Positions 40,195 through 49,602 of a DNA stretch of 64,000 bases are shown here, in pieces. The translations under genes and the position numbers were made by a program. The notes under the pieces were generated by a model that saw nothing but the letters and a program-made list of their open reading frames with translations, was not told the origin of the DNA and did not search any database. Source of the DNA: Candidatus Latescibacterota bacterium (GTDB lineage: Bacteria; Latescibacterota; UBA2968; UBA8231). Location of the stretch: NCBI GenBank assembly GCA_965217585.1, contig OZ244561.1, positions 7,072,001-7,136,000 of the forward strand. Reading direction: 5' to 3'. How positions within the stretch are numbered: position 1 is the stretch's first letter; the number at the start of each line of letters is the position of its first letter.

Positions 40195-40446
40195 ATGAAT
40201 CCAAGAGTATTAGAAATCACTCCAATAGAAGGGCACAAATTGAAGCTGCTTTTCGATAATGGGGAGCAGAGGTTCTACGACTGTTCTGGATTGTTGGATT
40301 TTGGTGTGTTTCAAGAATTGCAGGATAAAAGTTACTTTAGGAAGGCAAAAGTCGTGGATGGAACCATTGTTTGGCCTCATGGGCAAGATATATGTCCTGA
40401 TACATTGTATTTGGATTCTATAAAAAATGTGGGCGGTAGATTTTAG
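40195..40446 (+). CDS. DUF2442 family protein (putative antitoxin-type)
   Basis: 83 aa, 'L.L.FDNGE...D...L..GVF..L.D..YF......GTIVWPHGQDICPDTLY'. Visibly lower GC than its flanks. Confidence 0.8.
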   Translation: MNPRVLEITPIEGHKLKLLFDNGEQRFYDCSGLLDFGVFQELQDKSYFRKAKVVDGTIVWPHGQDICPDTLYLDSIKNVGGRF

Positions 40447-40523
40447 CTGGTGTAATCTAGCAAAGTGCCTATGGGCACGATCTGATATAGACTTCCAAGA
40501 TCTTCCTAGGAGGATACAGACAG

Positions 40524-40751
40524 ATGGACGATATCCTAACCATAGCCCAAATCGAAGCGCAGTTTGTCTCAGAATGGGTACTAGTCGAAGCCCCACAGAC
40601 CAACGACGCCTTGGAAGTGCAAAGCGGCAAGGTCCGCTGGCACAGCAAGGATCGGGAAGAGGTCTATCGCCAAGCTGTAGTATTGCGTCCTAAACGGTTC
40701 GCCATCTTGTACACGGGGAAGATGCCCGAGGACACGGCGATCGTCCTATGA
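40524..40751 (+). CDS. Small hypothetical protein (DUF5678-like)
   Basis: 75 aa, 'SEWVLV...GKVRWHSKDREEVY', AGGAGG RBS. Stop overlaps the next ATG (ATGA). Confidence 0.65.
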   Translation: MDDILTIAQIEAQFVSEWVLVEAPQTNDALEVQSGKVRWHSKDREEVYRQAVVLRPKRFAILYTGKMPEDTAIVL

Positions 40752-40864
40752 GCTTCTCCTTTGATCCACAGCAGGGGTTGATCATTGTGCCGGCAGAGCT
40801 GTGGGGGCCGAGTGGCAGTGCTGTTCTCCGCCTAGCGCTCGACACTGGAGCAAGCCTGCCCTAG
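40748..40864 (+). pseudogene. Truncated retropepsin-like aspartyl protease
   Basis: MSFSFDPQQGLIIVPAELWGPSGSAVLRLALDTGASLP* (38 aa). Ends two residues after the catalytic DTGAS motif, at the 3' end of the convergent sulfatase. Confidence 0.75.
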
Positions 40865-42624
40865 TCCGACAACTTCCGAACATACACGTAGTAAGGGGCG
40901 ATGGTCCGCTCGGTGTGGTCGTAGAACGAGGCGTATAGCCGGTCGAGGCCAGCGGCGAGGTCGATCTCAAAGCAAGCGCTCGTCGCGGTGGGATCGACTT
41001 CTTGCTGGAGGTTCTGGCCGCCGATGGATAGCTGCGCCCAGCCGAGAGTGAGGGCGACCCCGCCTTCGTAGGCCGGAGCATCTTTCGGCTGGATGCCATC
41101 GCGGTACCAGCCGCTGTCGTCGCCCTCAATCCCCGCAGCCAGCGCATAGCCGGTTTCCTCGGGCCAGCGCCGCAGCTCAATCTGGTAGCGCCCCGCCTCT
41201 TTGACATCGACGGCCCAAAAACCACTCGCGACCTGCCCGGCGCGAACTTGGCGCTGATTCCAGACGGCGTTACACGCCTCATTGCGAATATCGTGGGTGG
41301 TGAGTTTGGCCGGTTGGTCGTCCCCGCCCAAGGCAATCGGCTCGTCGCGGTCGAATTGCTTGGATACGAGCTCCCACCAGTCATCGTACGCAGCGCACAG
41401 TTCGGCGACGGTGTCGGGATGCTCAGCGGCGATGTCCTGCCGCTGCCCGGGATCCGCGCCGAGGTCGTAGAGCGCGCGACCGTCGATGAGTCGCCACTTG
41501 CCCTTCATCACCGCGCTCTTGCGCCATTTGACCGGATCGGCCACGCGCTGGGTGTCACAGACGTTGACGCGGTTGGCCCAAGCCGAATCGTCTGCGTCGT
41601 GCAGTAACGGCGTTAGGCTCTGACCGTGGAAGGTGCGGCCGGCCGGGACCTCAACACCGCACAAGTCGAGCAGGGTCGGCATGAAATCCACGTAGCTGGT
41701 CAGCGCGTTGATGTCGCGGCCGCCGGCGATGTGCCCGTTGGGGTAGCGGATGAGGAAGGGCACGCGGTGGCCGCCTTCGTACTGGGAGCCTTTTTTGCCG
41801 CGCATTCCAGCGTTGTAACTGCCCGGCCCTTCGCGGGGGAACTGATCGGCGTCTAATTCGACGCCCGTGGCCGTGCCGTTGTCGGTCATAAAGATGAGGA
41901 TGGTATTGTCGGCGATACCCAATTCGTCGAGATGGGCCTGCAAGCGGCCGAAGTTCTCGTCGATGTTGGTGATCATGCCGTAGAAGCGGGCGCGCGCTTC
42001 GTGCGGGGTGGCGTCGCGGTATTGCTCGACGTAGTGTGGCTCCACGTTGAGCGGTCCGTGCGGCGCGTTGGTAGCGATGTAACAGAAAAAGGGCGCGTCG
42101 GCGTTCTCTTCGATAAAGCGCCGACCCTCGCGGAAGAACACGTCCGTGCAATAGCCCTCGTACGGGGTGGGGACGCCGTTTTTGAAATAGGTGTCGTCAA
42201 AGTAATCGTTGCCCCAAGGGTCGCCCGTATTGCCGATGCCGCCGCCCGCGTGGTACACGGATTCGGCAAAGCCGCGCTCGTGCGGGCGATAGGGCGGGCT
42301 GTCGCCGAGGTGCCACTTGCCGAAGTGCCCGGTGCGGTAGCCAGCGCCGGTGAGCGCGTCGGCGAGGGTCCACTCATCGGCGCGCAACAGCGAGCGGCCG
42401 CCGATGGTGTGCCAGACGCCGGCGCTATTGCAGTAGTGGCCGGTGAGAAGACCGGCGCGGGTGGGGGCGCAGGTAGAGCCGACGTGGTAGTCGGTGAAGC
42501 GCACGGCCTCTTGATGGAAGCGATCGAGACAAGGCGTGCGGATCGCGCTGTTGCCGTGGCAGCCCAAGTCGCCGTAGCCTTGGTCGTCGGTGAGGACGAA
42601 GACGATGTTGGGGCGCGGGGCCAT
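40861..42624 (-). CDS. Arylsulfatase (Cys-type formylglycine sulfatase)
   Basis: 'PNIVFVLTDDQGYGD', 'CAPTRAGLLTG', 'GKWHLG'. Confidence 0.95.
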   Translation of the reverse strand: MAPRPNIVFVLTDDQGYGDLGCHGNSAIRTPCLDRFHQEAVRFTDYHVGSTCAPTRAGLLTGHYCNSAGVWHTIGGRSLLRADEWTLADALTGAGYRTGHFGKWHLGDSPPYRPHERGFAESVYHAGGGIGNTGDPWGNDYFDDTYFKNGVPTPYEGYCTDVFFREGRRFIEENADAPFFCYIATNAPHGPLNVEPHYVEQYRDATPHEARARFYGMITNIDENFGRLQAHLDELGIADNTILIFMTDNGTATGVELDADQFPREGPGSYNAGMRGKKGSQYEGGHRVPFLIRYPNGHIAGGRDINALTSYVDFMPTLLDLCGVEVPAGRTFHGQSLTPLLHDADDSAWANRVNVCDTQRVADPVKWRKSAVMKGKWRLIDGRALYDLGADPGQRQDIAAEHPDTVAELCAAYDDWWELVSKQFDRDEPIALGGDDQPAKLTTHDIRNEACNAVWNQRQVRAGQVASGFWAVDVKEAGRYQIELRRWPEETGYALAAGIEGDDSGWYRDGIQPKDAPAYEGGVALTLGWAQLSIGGQNLQQEVDPTATSACFEIDLAAGLDRLYASFYDHTERTIAPYYVYVRKLSD

Positions 42625-42627
42625 GAG

Positions 42628-43368
42628 CTATTGTTCCTGTTCGGCGCGCCAGGCTTCGTATTCGGCGCGGGCTTCTTCGCTGAGCGGGTAGTACTTGCGC
42701 AGGTGTCCGCCCTCGGCCAGCTTCATGCGGCTGAAGTCCTCCCACTCGGCGTGGGCTTGGGCCTTTTCGGTCAGTTCAGGGGCGAGCTGGGCCGGAACGA
42801 CGGTAGCGCCGTCGTCGTCGGCAACGATGATGTCGCCGGGCATGACGAGGGTGTTGCCGCAGGCGATGGGCACGTTGACCGCGAAGGGGACGATGTTGGT
42901 CTGGGTGTGGAAATTGGGGGTCGTGCCGCGCAGCCAAAGCCCGATATCGAGGTCTTTGAGCACCTGGGGGAAGTCGCGGATGCAGCCGTCGATGACCGCG
43001 CCGATGCCGCCGCGCCCCATGAAAAAGGTGAGCATCATCTCGCCGAAGACCCCGCTGTGCAGGTCGCCACGGGCATCGACGACGATGATGTCGCCAGGTT
43101 GGGTGTGGTAGAGGGCGTGACGGTGAAGTTGTTTTTCCGGGTCGGCGTATTCATCGACGGCATACTGGTCTTCGCGTTTGGGCATAAACTGCAAGGTCAG
43201 GGCTGGGCCGACGACGTGCTTGCCTGTGGTGCGGGCGACCGGGCCCTGGATATGAGGGTCGCGGATGCCCAAGCGGGCGAGTTCGCCAGCGGCCGTGGCG
43301 CTGCTAATGCCGGAGAGCTGGGCGACGAGGTCTTTAGGGGGGCGTTGGATGTCGTTGGTTTCGACCAT
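42628..43368 (-). CDS. RraA / HMG-aldolase family protein
   Basis: 'VVGPALT', 'GDIIVVD', 'GAVIDGCIRD', 'PGDIIVADDDG'. Start at MVETND with AGGAG RBS. Confidence 0.88.
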   Translation of the reverse strand: MVETNDIQRPPKDLVAQLSGISSATAAGELARLGIRDPHIQGPVARTTGKHVVGPALTLQFMPKREDQYAVDEYADPEKQLHRHALYHTQPGDIIVVDARGDLHSGVFGEMMLTFFMGRGGIGAVIDGCIRDFPQVLKDLDIGLWLRGTTPNFHTQTNIVPFAVNVPIACGNTLVMPGDIIVADDDGATVVPAQLAPELTEKAQAHAEWEDFSRMKLAEGGHLRKYYPLSEEARAEYEAWRAEQEQ

Positions 43369-43544
43369 GATATCTCCTGTTTTTAGGTGCGAGTAATTCA
43401 TTTAAGCTAAGAATGAGGCGTCAGTAGGGTCAATCCCGAATGAGTAGCAGGAGCTTAAGCGGTTGGCTATTATTGGACATCTGGCATAGTGAGCGGTCGT
43501 GGACGAACCAAGAGATGTAAGCCCTCCCAATGAGGAGATGATCT

Positions 43545-45056
43545 ATGTTGACCCGACTAAAAGTCTCTAACTTCAAAAATTTGGTGGATGTGGATTTGTA
43601 TCTTGGTCCGTTTACCTGTGTAGTCGGACCGAATGGGGTGGGTAAGTCGAATCTATTCGACGCGATTCGATTTCTGAGCGCGCTGGCCAACCGCACGCTC
43701 ATGGAGGCCGCCGCCACCGTGCGCGACCAAGACAGCCGCACCACACCCGTGCGCGACCTTTTCCACCGCGTGGGAGACCACTATGCCGAGCGCATGACTT
43801 TTGAAGCAGAGATGATCGTGCCGCGGCGGGCCATCGACGACTTGGGACAGGAGGCCGAGGCCAGTATTACATTTTTGCGTTATTCCCTAGAGCTTGCCTA
43901 TCGAGAGACGGCCGACAGCTTGGTGCGAGGTAATCTCGCTATCGTCAAAGAAGAATTAGTCCATATCACCCACGGCGATGCCCCCCGACATCTTTTATTT
44001 CCTCACAGTGTAAAGGACTGGCGCAAATCCGCAGTGTACGGCAAGCGCCACGCACCCTATTTCATTTCAACTACAGGCGAGGGCGAAAACAGGGTCATAA
44101 AACTACATCAGGATGGCGGCAGCAGCGGGCGTCCTTTGCCCCGGTCGGCCGCTAATCTACCTCGCACGGTGCTTTCCATCGCCAATGCGGCGGAAAGCCC
44201 TACAGTATTGGCTGCTCGCCGAGAGATGGAATCTTGGCAGATGCTGCAACTGGAACCTTCGGCACTGAGAAGACCCGATGAATTTAGTGCTCATACACGC
44301 TTAGGAGCGGATGGCCGCTATCTGGCGGCTACGTTGCATCGCTTGGCTCGCCATGATGGGCAAAACCAAGACATCACTGAACAACAGCTTCTAGACTTGA
44401 CGATCCAACTCGAAACTCAACCCTCGGCTCCCCAAAAAGTATATAGTCAGATCGCCAACCGCTTGGCCGAACTCATCGACGGTGTGCATGAGATCCATAT
44501 AGAGCCAGATGAGAAGCGGGAGTTATTGACTTTATATGTAAAAAACGAGGAGGGAACCTTTCATCCAGCACGCGCCCTATCGGATGGCACCTTGCGCTTC
44601 CTCGCGCTGGCCGTCCTGGAGAGCGACCCGCAAATGCAGGGGGTGCTCTGTTTGGAAGAGCCGGAAAACGGCATTCATCCGGCGCGGATTCCGGCCATAC
44701 TGCAACTACTCAGGGATATTGCGGTGGATACCCAAGAGCCTGTTGGGGAGGATAATCCATTACGCCAAGTGATCGTCAATACTCACTCGCCTGCAGTATT
44801 CCAACAAGTCCCGGATGATAGCGTCGTATTTGTAAAGGCAAGAGAGGCCATAGACGAGGAAAGACGCCTCTGCAAAAAGGCCCATTTTCTCTGCCTGTCC
44901 GATACTTGGCGAGCCAAAGTGAGCGAAGACGCCGCCCGCGGTGATCTGCTCCCTTATTTGAATCCAGTACTGCCTAAGAATTACGTAGAGGTATCAAGGC
45001 AGAAGCGGGTAGTCGATAGAGAAGATATGCAGCAACTGCTTCTGGCACTTTCCTAG
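43545..45056 (+). CDS. ABC/SMC-like ATPase (AAA_21 / AbiEii-associated type), putative defence component
   Basis: Walker A 'GPNGVGKSN', signature 'LSDGT', Walker B 'LEEPENGIHP', 'NTHSP'. Confidence 0.85.
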   Translation: MLTRLKVSNFKNLVDVDLYLGPFTCVVGPNGVGKSNLFDAIRFLSALANRTLMEAAATVRDQDSRTTPVRDLFHRVGDHYAERMTFEAEMIVPRRAIDDLGQEAEASITFLRYSLELAYRETADSLVRGNLAIVKEELVHITHGDAPRHLLFPHSVKDWRKSAVYGKRHAPYFISTTGEGENRVIKLHQDGGSSGRPLPRSAANLPRTVLSIANAAESPTVLAARREMESWQMLQLEPSALRRPDEFSAHTRLGADGRYLAATLHRLARHDGQNQDITEQQLLDLTIQLETQPSAPQKVYSQIANRLAELIDGVHEIHIEPDEKRELLTLYVKNEEGTFHPARALSDGTLRFLALAVLESDPQMQGVLCLEEPENGIHPARIPAILQLLRDIAVDTQEPVGEDNPLRQVIVNTHSPAVFQQVPDDSVVFVKAREAIDEERRLCKKAHFLCLSDTWRAKVSEDAARGDLLPYLNPVLPKNYVEVSRQKRVVDREDMQQLLLALS

Positions 45057-45071
45057 TAGGCTTGGCGTAGG

Positions 45072-45128
45072 ATGCAGCGACTGCGCTACACGCTGGTGGC
45101 AAATCTTAAAATAGGAGGAAGCTCATGA
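45072..45128 (+). pseudogene. Probable 5' remnant of the ATPase partner gene
   Basis: MQRLRYTLVANLKIGGSS* immediately after the ATPase. 'LRYTLV' resembles the N-terminus of partner proteins I recall following this ATPase type (unverified). Confidence 0.4.
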
Positions 45129-46219
45129 CAGTGGAAGATCGCGGCTCGGCCATTCGGGTCGAGCGCCTGACGGCCATTCCGGTGGGGGCCAAGGGCTACG
45201 TGAAGGTGGAGACGAACATGGGGGTGGTCGGCTGGGGCGAGATCAACAACATGGAGACCAAGGTCGCCTGCGCCTTGGCCGAGTCGCTGGGATCGCTCAT
45301 CGTCGGCGAAAACCCGACGCGCATTGAGCACCACTGGCAGCGGCTGTTCCGCGCCCATCGCAACCTGCGCGGCGGCGGGTTGATGCTGCACGTGATTGCG
45401 GCCATTGACATGGCGCTGTGGGACATTGCCGGCAAGCTCTATCAGGTGCCGGTGTATCGCCTGTTGGGCGGCCCCTGCCGCGACAAGGTGTGGATGTACC
45501 CTAGCCCCAAGGCGATCAAGGTCGGCCCTGGGGGCGCGCAATATCACGCAGGTACGCCGGCTGAGGTGGCAGAGTTGGTGCAGCGGGTGGCCGACGCCCG
45601 CGCCAAGGTGGGGCCGGATGGGGCGGTGATGTTCGACGCGCATAGCATGTTGCCGCTGCCGCTGGTCAAGCAATTTGCCGGTTATCTCAAGCCGGACGAT
45701 TTGCTCTTTTTGGAAGAGGCGTGGGTGCCGGGCAACATCGAGGCCATGCACAAGCTGCGCGCGGCCGTGCCCGTGCCGTTGGCTACCGGCGAGCGCGACC
45801 GCACCATTTGGGAGGTGCGTGAGATCTTGGAGGCCCAGGTCGTCGATATCCTGCAGCCCGACTGCGGCCACGGCGGCGGCATCAGCCAGATGCAGAAAGT
45901 CGCCGCCCTGTGCGAGGCGCATCACGTGCCGATCGCCCCGCATTGCACCATGTCGTTTTTGGGCCTGACAGCGAGCTTACACGTGGCAGCATCGGTGGCG
46001 TTTTTCCTCATCCACGAGGGCTACGATCACCAATTGCCCGAAGGCGTGGCGCACAAGACGTGGACCTTGGACGCGGAGGGATTTGCGTCGTTGCCCGAGG
46101 GGCCGGGGTTGGGAGTGGAGATCGACGAGGGAAAGGCCATTGCCGTGGGGCAGGAGAGCGGGCGGCAGTTTAAGTGGCCGGATAATCGGCTGCGGGATGG
46201 ATCGGTGGCGGATTATTAA
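45125..46219 (+). CDS. Mandelate racemase/enolase superfamily dehydratase (DgoD-like)
   Basis: 'IDMALWDIAGK...PVYRLLGG', 'MFDAH', 'FLEE', 'ATGER', 'QPD', 'APH'. Confidence 0.9.
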   Translation: MTVEDRGSAIRVERLTAIPVGAKGYVKVETNMGVVGWGEINNMETKVACALAESLGSLIVGENPTRIEHHWQRLFRAHRNLRGGGLMLHVIAAIDMALWDIAGKLYQVPVYRLLGGPCRDKVWMYPSPKAIKVGPGGAQYHAGTPAEVAELVQRVADARAKVGPDGAVMFDAHSMLPLPLVKQFAGYLKPDDLLFLEEAWVPGNIEAMHKLRAAVPVPLATGERDRTIWEVREILEAQVVDILQPDCGHGGGISQMQKVAALCEAHHVPIAPHCTMSFLGLTASLHVAASVAFFLIHEGYDHQLPEGVAHKTWTLDAEGFASLPEGPGLGVEIDEGKAIAVGQESGRQFKWPDNRLRDGSVADY

Positions 46220-46222
46220 AAG

Positions 46223-46265
46223 GGAGCCTTTATCTGCAAAAGCGATTGATGCAGATAAAGGCTCC
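46223..46265. terminator. Hairpin between convergent genes, probable bidirectional terminator
   Basis: 16-bp perfect inverted repeat GGAGCCTTTATCTGCA-N11-TGCAGATAAAGGCTCC. A second weaker hairpin lies at 46277-46307. Confidence 0.7.
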
Positions 46266-46337
46266 ACAACTTATAGCGGGAATTGAGAAGCTGCTTTGAA
46301 ATTCCCGATTTTAACGGGACGTATGATTACTGGTCTG

Positions 46338-48716
46338 CTACTCCTCTTCTACTACTTCCTCTTCTACTGCTTCCCCTGCCACTACTTCTATCTCAAGGAT
46401 TTTAAAACCTTCGAGCAATAAATCGACGTCTTGCTGCGTGGAAATAGGCGCAGGGGGGGCAGGAGGAGGACCGGGAGGAAAGGCTCCAGGTGGCGGAAGT
46501 TCATCAAAGCCGCCTTCGGGTTCGCCTTCACCTTCTTCACCTTCACCACCTTCAGGTTCACCCTCACCTTCTCCTTCACCTTCACCACCTTCAGGTTCAC
46601 CCTCACCTTCTCCTTCACCTTCACCACCTTCAGGTTCACCCTCACCTTCTCCTTCACCTTCACCACCTTCAGGTTCACCCTCACCTTCTCCTTCACCTTC
46701 ACCACCTTCAGGTTCGCCTTCTCCATCTACAAACTCAGGCGGTGGCTCGGGAAATGCCGGTGGCGGGGGTGGCGGGGGTGGCGCGACAAACGTCAAGCGA
46801 GCTTTTAAGAGGACATTCTCGTCGGGTTTATTCAGTCGTGCAAAAACATCATCGAGCGTTTCCTCACCCCCAAAAAACGATGGCGGTGGGCCGAACAACA
46901 GCGCATCGTCCCCTAATAGTGCGGCGGACCCCACTTCGAGTTGGTAAAAGCCAGGGAAGAGCGTGTCCGGCACGCTGAGGGCTAGCTCGACTTCCCGGTC
47001 CTTGGTCCGTCCCACGCGCAGTGAAGAGGTAATATTCAGCGTACTCCCAAGACTGACGACCGTGTCGGCAGTAACCTTCGTCAGGGTGGCAAAACGAGTC
47101 TCAGGAATCATTTCGACATGCACCTCGGCCTCGCGCACATATACGGCGTAATCGTACCTCGTCATAAGCTCCGAAAGTGCGAACGACACGTCGCCATAGG
47201 CATTAAAAATTGAGGCAAAGAGCCGTCCGCCTGGTGAGGAGTAGAGCCGGGAACGAGTGAGTGTTGAATCGGAGCCGGCAAAAGCGATATCCGTCGTAAC
47301 GCGGATACTGTGATCAGGATCGTTGTCGACCCGGTTGGCCAAGGGATAAAAGAATGCATTGGAGACGAGATCGAGCGAGGTATATGGGCTGATACCGACG
47401 GCCATCCTGTGCGTAAGTTCGAGTTCGCTCCCTGAAGGAAACGTATAGACGCTCTTAACAGGTACTAATTCTGGTTCCTGATCGAGCACGCCGCGCACCG
47501 CGGGCAAACGGTCTTCGGTCAGAGTGCCCCGCACCGTTGGATTCAGCGTTGCAAACTTGAACGGAGCGGACAAATTGGAAATTTCGCCGAGCACCTTTGC
47601 TTCGATTATGGGAAGCTCTACCGGACCGCTACTATTCATTGGATGCCCAAACCCATAGACCCGGTTGCCATCGACGTACGATATGGTTCCCATCGCACCC
47701 AGCGTAAGCTCACCGAGCAGCAACCCAACGGTCAGTGGCCTGCCGGCCTCAAAGCTGGCCTGACGCTCTTGGGTCAGACCAGCGGCGCTGGCTCCGCTCA
47801 GGATAGACGAACGCCCTTCAGGCAGCGAACGCACCCCATTGAGTCCCGTGCTGAGCAAGGGGGTATCCAAGGGAGTAATGCCGTTTCCTTCCCACGTGGC
47901 CGTGGGTTTGGCCGCAGGCATCATTCCCCGCGTGCCGATGACCCATTCTATGGGCGTGGCAAAAAAGTAGTACGGCGGGTTGTCTTGGGCAGAAAATCCA
48001 TAAGCAATGGCACCCCAGGTGCCCTGCTCCGTAAAAATGGGCGAACCGCTCATCCCCTGAGCAATGCCCCCAAGCTGTATCAGAACAGGGTCCGAGGCTT
48101 CGACCATATAGACCGGCATCGGTGCCAAAAAATCATCAACCACCTGGACGAACGTCATTTCGAGATCGGCGAGCTCGCCGTTAGCAAATTCAGTGCGCAG
48201 GAATACGGGCGTGCCCGGGGGCATGGCACGAACCTCGTCAGCCGAGACTATGGGCGAAAGATCCCAAGGCTTTAACTCCCCGGTGGGCCGCAAAATCGCT
48301 TCTGGAGCCAGGATGGAACCGGCAGCCGCCAGCATGGAATCAGCGGCGGCCAGCATGGTATTCGCGGCGGCTAGCATGGAAGCCGCATCGGCCGCTATCG
48401 TCGAATCTGCGTCTGCGGCGACCATTGCATTGGCGGCGGCGATCATCGAATTCGCGGTAGCCATCATGTCATTAGCAGCGGCCAGCATGGAATCGGCATC
48501 GGCGGCTATTGTTGAATCCGCGTCCGCAGCGATCATTATATTCGCGGTGGTCAGCATGGAATCGGCGGTGGCCAGCATGGTATTGGCGGCGACCAGCATG
48601 GAATCCGCGGTGGCGATCATCGAATCGACGGCAGCCGCCGTTGGTGCAGGATCGTCGTCGTCCCCACAACTCCATAGACCAACGGCGAGTGCGAGTAGTG
48701 CTAAACGAATCGGCAT
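46338..48716 (-). CDS. SpoIVB-like S55 serine peptidase lipoprotein with repeat regions
   Basis: Lipobox 'LWSC', 'GGIAQGMSGSPI', 'GTISYVDG.RVYGFGHP'. N-terminal heptad repeats and C-terminal Pro/Glu/Gly repeats. Confidence 0.85.
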   Translation of the reverse strand: MPIRLALLALAVGLWSCGDDDDPAPTAAAVDSMIATADSMLVAANTMLATADSMLTTANIMIAADADSTIAADADSMLAAANDMMATANSMIAAANAMVAADADSTIAADAASMLAAANTMLAAADSMLAAAGSILAPEAILRPTGELKPWDLSPIVSADEVRAMPPGTPVFLRTEFANGELADLEMTFVQVVDDFLAPMPVYMVEASDPVLIQLGGIAQGMSGSPIFTEQGTWGAIAYGFSAQDNPPYYFFATPIEWVIGTRGMMPAAKPTATWEGNGITPLDTPLLSTGLNGVRSLPEGRSSILSGASAAGLTQERQASFEAGRPLTVGLLLGELTLGAMGTISYVDGNRVYGFGHPMNSSGPVELPIIEAKVLGEISNLSAPFKFATLNPTVRGTLTEDRLPAVRGVLDQEPELVPVKSVYTFPSGSELELTHRMAVGISPYTSLDLVSNAFFYPLANRVDNDPDHSIRVTTDIAFAGSDSTLTRSRLYSSPGGRLFASIFNAYGDVSFALSELMTRYDYAVYVREAEVHVEMIPETRFATLTKVTADTVVSLGSTLNITSSLRVGRTKDREVELALSVPDTLFPGFYQLEVGSAALLGDDALLFGPPPSFFGGEETLDDVFARLNKPDENVLLKARLTFVAPPPPPPPPAFPEPPPEFVDGEGEPEGGEGEGEGEGEPEGGEGEGEGEGEPEGGEGEGEGEGEPEGGEGEGEGEGEPEGGEGEEGEGEPEGGFDELPPPGAFPPGPPPAPPAPISTQQDVDLLLEGFKILEIEVVAGEAVEEEVVEEE
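46536..46715. repeat. Perfect 39-bp tandem repeat, about 4.6 copies, coding (EGEGEGEGEPEGG)
   Basis: Unit TTCACCTTCACCACCTTCAGGTTCACCCTCACCTTCTCC starts at 46536, 46575, 46614, 46653 and 46692 (partial). Confidence 0.95.
48320..48630. repeat. Degenerate 21-bp (7-aa, A-D/N-S/T-M-L/I-A-A/T) coding repeats
   Basis: Recurrent CAGCATGG core. Protein reads ADSMLVA-ANTMLAT-ADSMLTT... Confidence 0.8.
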
Positions 48717-48928
48717 AATACGTGTTCTCCTACATTAAAGTGTACTCGGTGTGTGCAGTTCAATCTTGTCCCGTTCCATCAAGAGATGGTCGGCCAAATC
48801 CTATCCTGCTTGGGGGTAGCGGGTGTGGATCAGGAGGGAAATATAAAGTACGCAGAATTTCCGTTTTGTGAAAGGTCGCAACCGCAAGGCGAAGGACACC
48901 CGCACCGTACGTGCCGGCTGCTATTCCA

Positions 48929-49573
48929 CTACGCGGTCAGGGTGTCCATCAGGGCTTGGGCGATCACCAAATGTCCGGCTTGATTGGGGTGGACCGGTTC
49001 TGGACAGAAGGTATCGGCGTCGCGGTACTGGAGCTGCCGTTGGAAGATGTCGTGTAGGCGCACTAGGCGGGCATCAAAGCGCTCGGCTAGCCGCTCCACT
49101 ACTTCGATGTACCGAGGCAATAGTTCGAGCACTTGGCTACGGAAGGTTTGGTCGCTGTGGTCGGTGGAAATGTAAAATGGAGTGAGCAATACGAGGGGAC
49201 AGCCCAGTTCGTCTTGGGTAAGCCCTAGTACGTGTTCATAGACGGCGGCGAAGCGGGCTGGATCGACGCCGTCTTCGGCACCGCGCAAATGGCTGTGCAG
49301 GTCGTTGATGCCGATTTTGACAGACAGCCGGTCCGGCCGGTGGTAGAGCACGTCGTCCCGCCAGCGGGCGGCTAGGTCGGTGACGCGGTTGCCGCCGATG
49401 CCTTTGTTGATGTAGCGGACCCGTCGCTCGGGGAAGCGGGCAGTGGCCAACTCGGTGAACAGGCGCGCGTACCCATTGCCCAGCGGGGCCTCGGCACCGC
49501 GGCGACCGCAGTCGGTGATGCTGTCGCCGATCAACAGCAGCGTTTGTCCGTCTTCAATCCAGTATTGGCTCAT
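48929..49573 (-). CDS. SGNH/GDSL hydrolase
   Basis: Start MSQYW at 49573. 'GDSITD', 'NKGIGG', 'GIND', 'EPVHPN'. Confidence 0.9.
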   Translation of the reverse strand: MSQYWIEDGQTLLLIGDSITDCGRRGAEAPLGNGYARLFTELATARFPERRVRYINKGIGGNRVTDLAARWRDDVLYHRPDRLSVKIGINDLHSHLRGAEDGVDPARFAAVYEHVLGLTQDELGCPLVLLTPFYISTDHSDQTFRSQVLELLPRYIEVVERLAERFDARLVRLHDIFQRQLQYRDADTFCPEPVHPNQAGHLVIAQALMDTLTA

Positions 49574-49602
49574 GGATATTTCTCTTGGTTGGAGGAGGTG
49601 GC

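Noticed and set aside
46536-46715. 39-bp repeats as a CRISPR array
   Set aside because: Head-to-tail with no spacers and in frame within a CDS.
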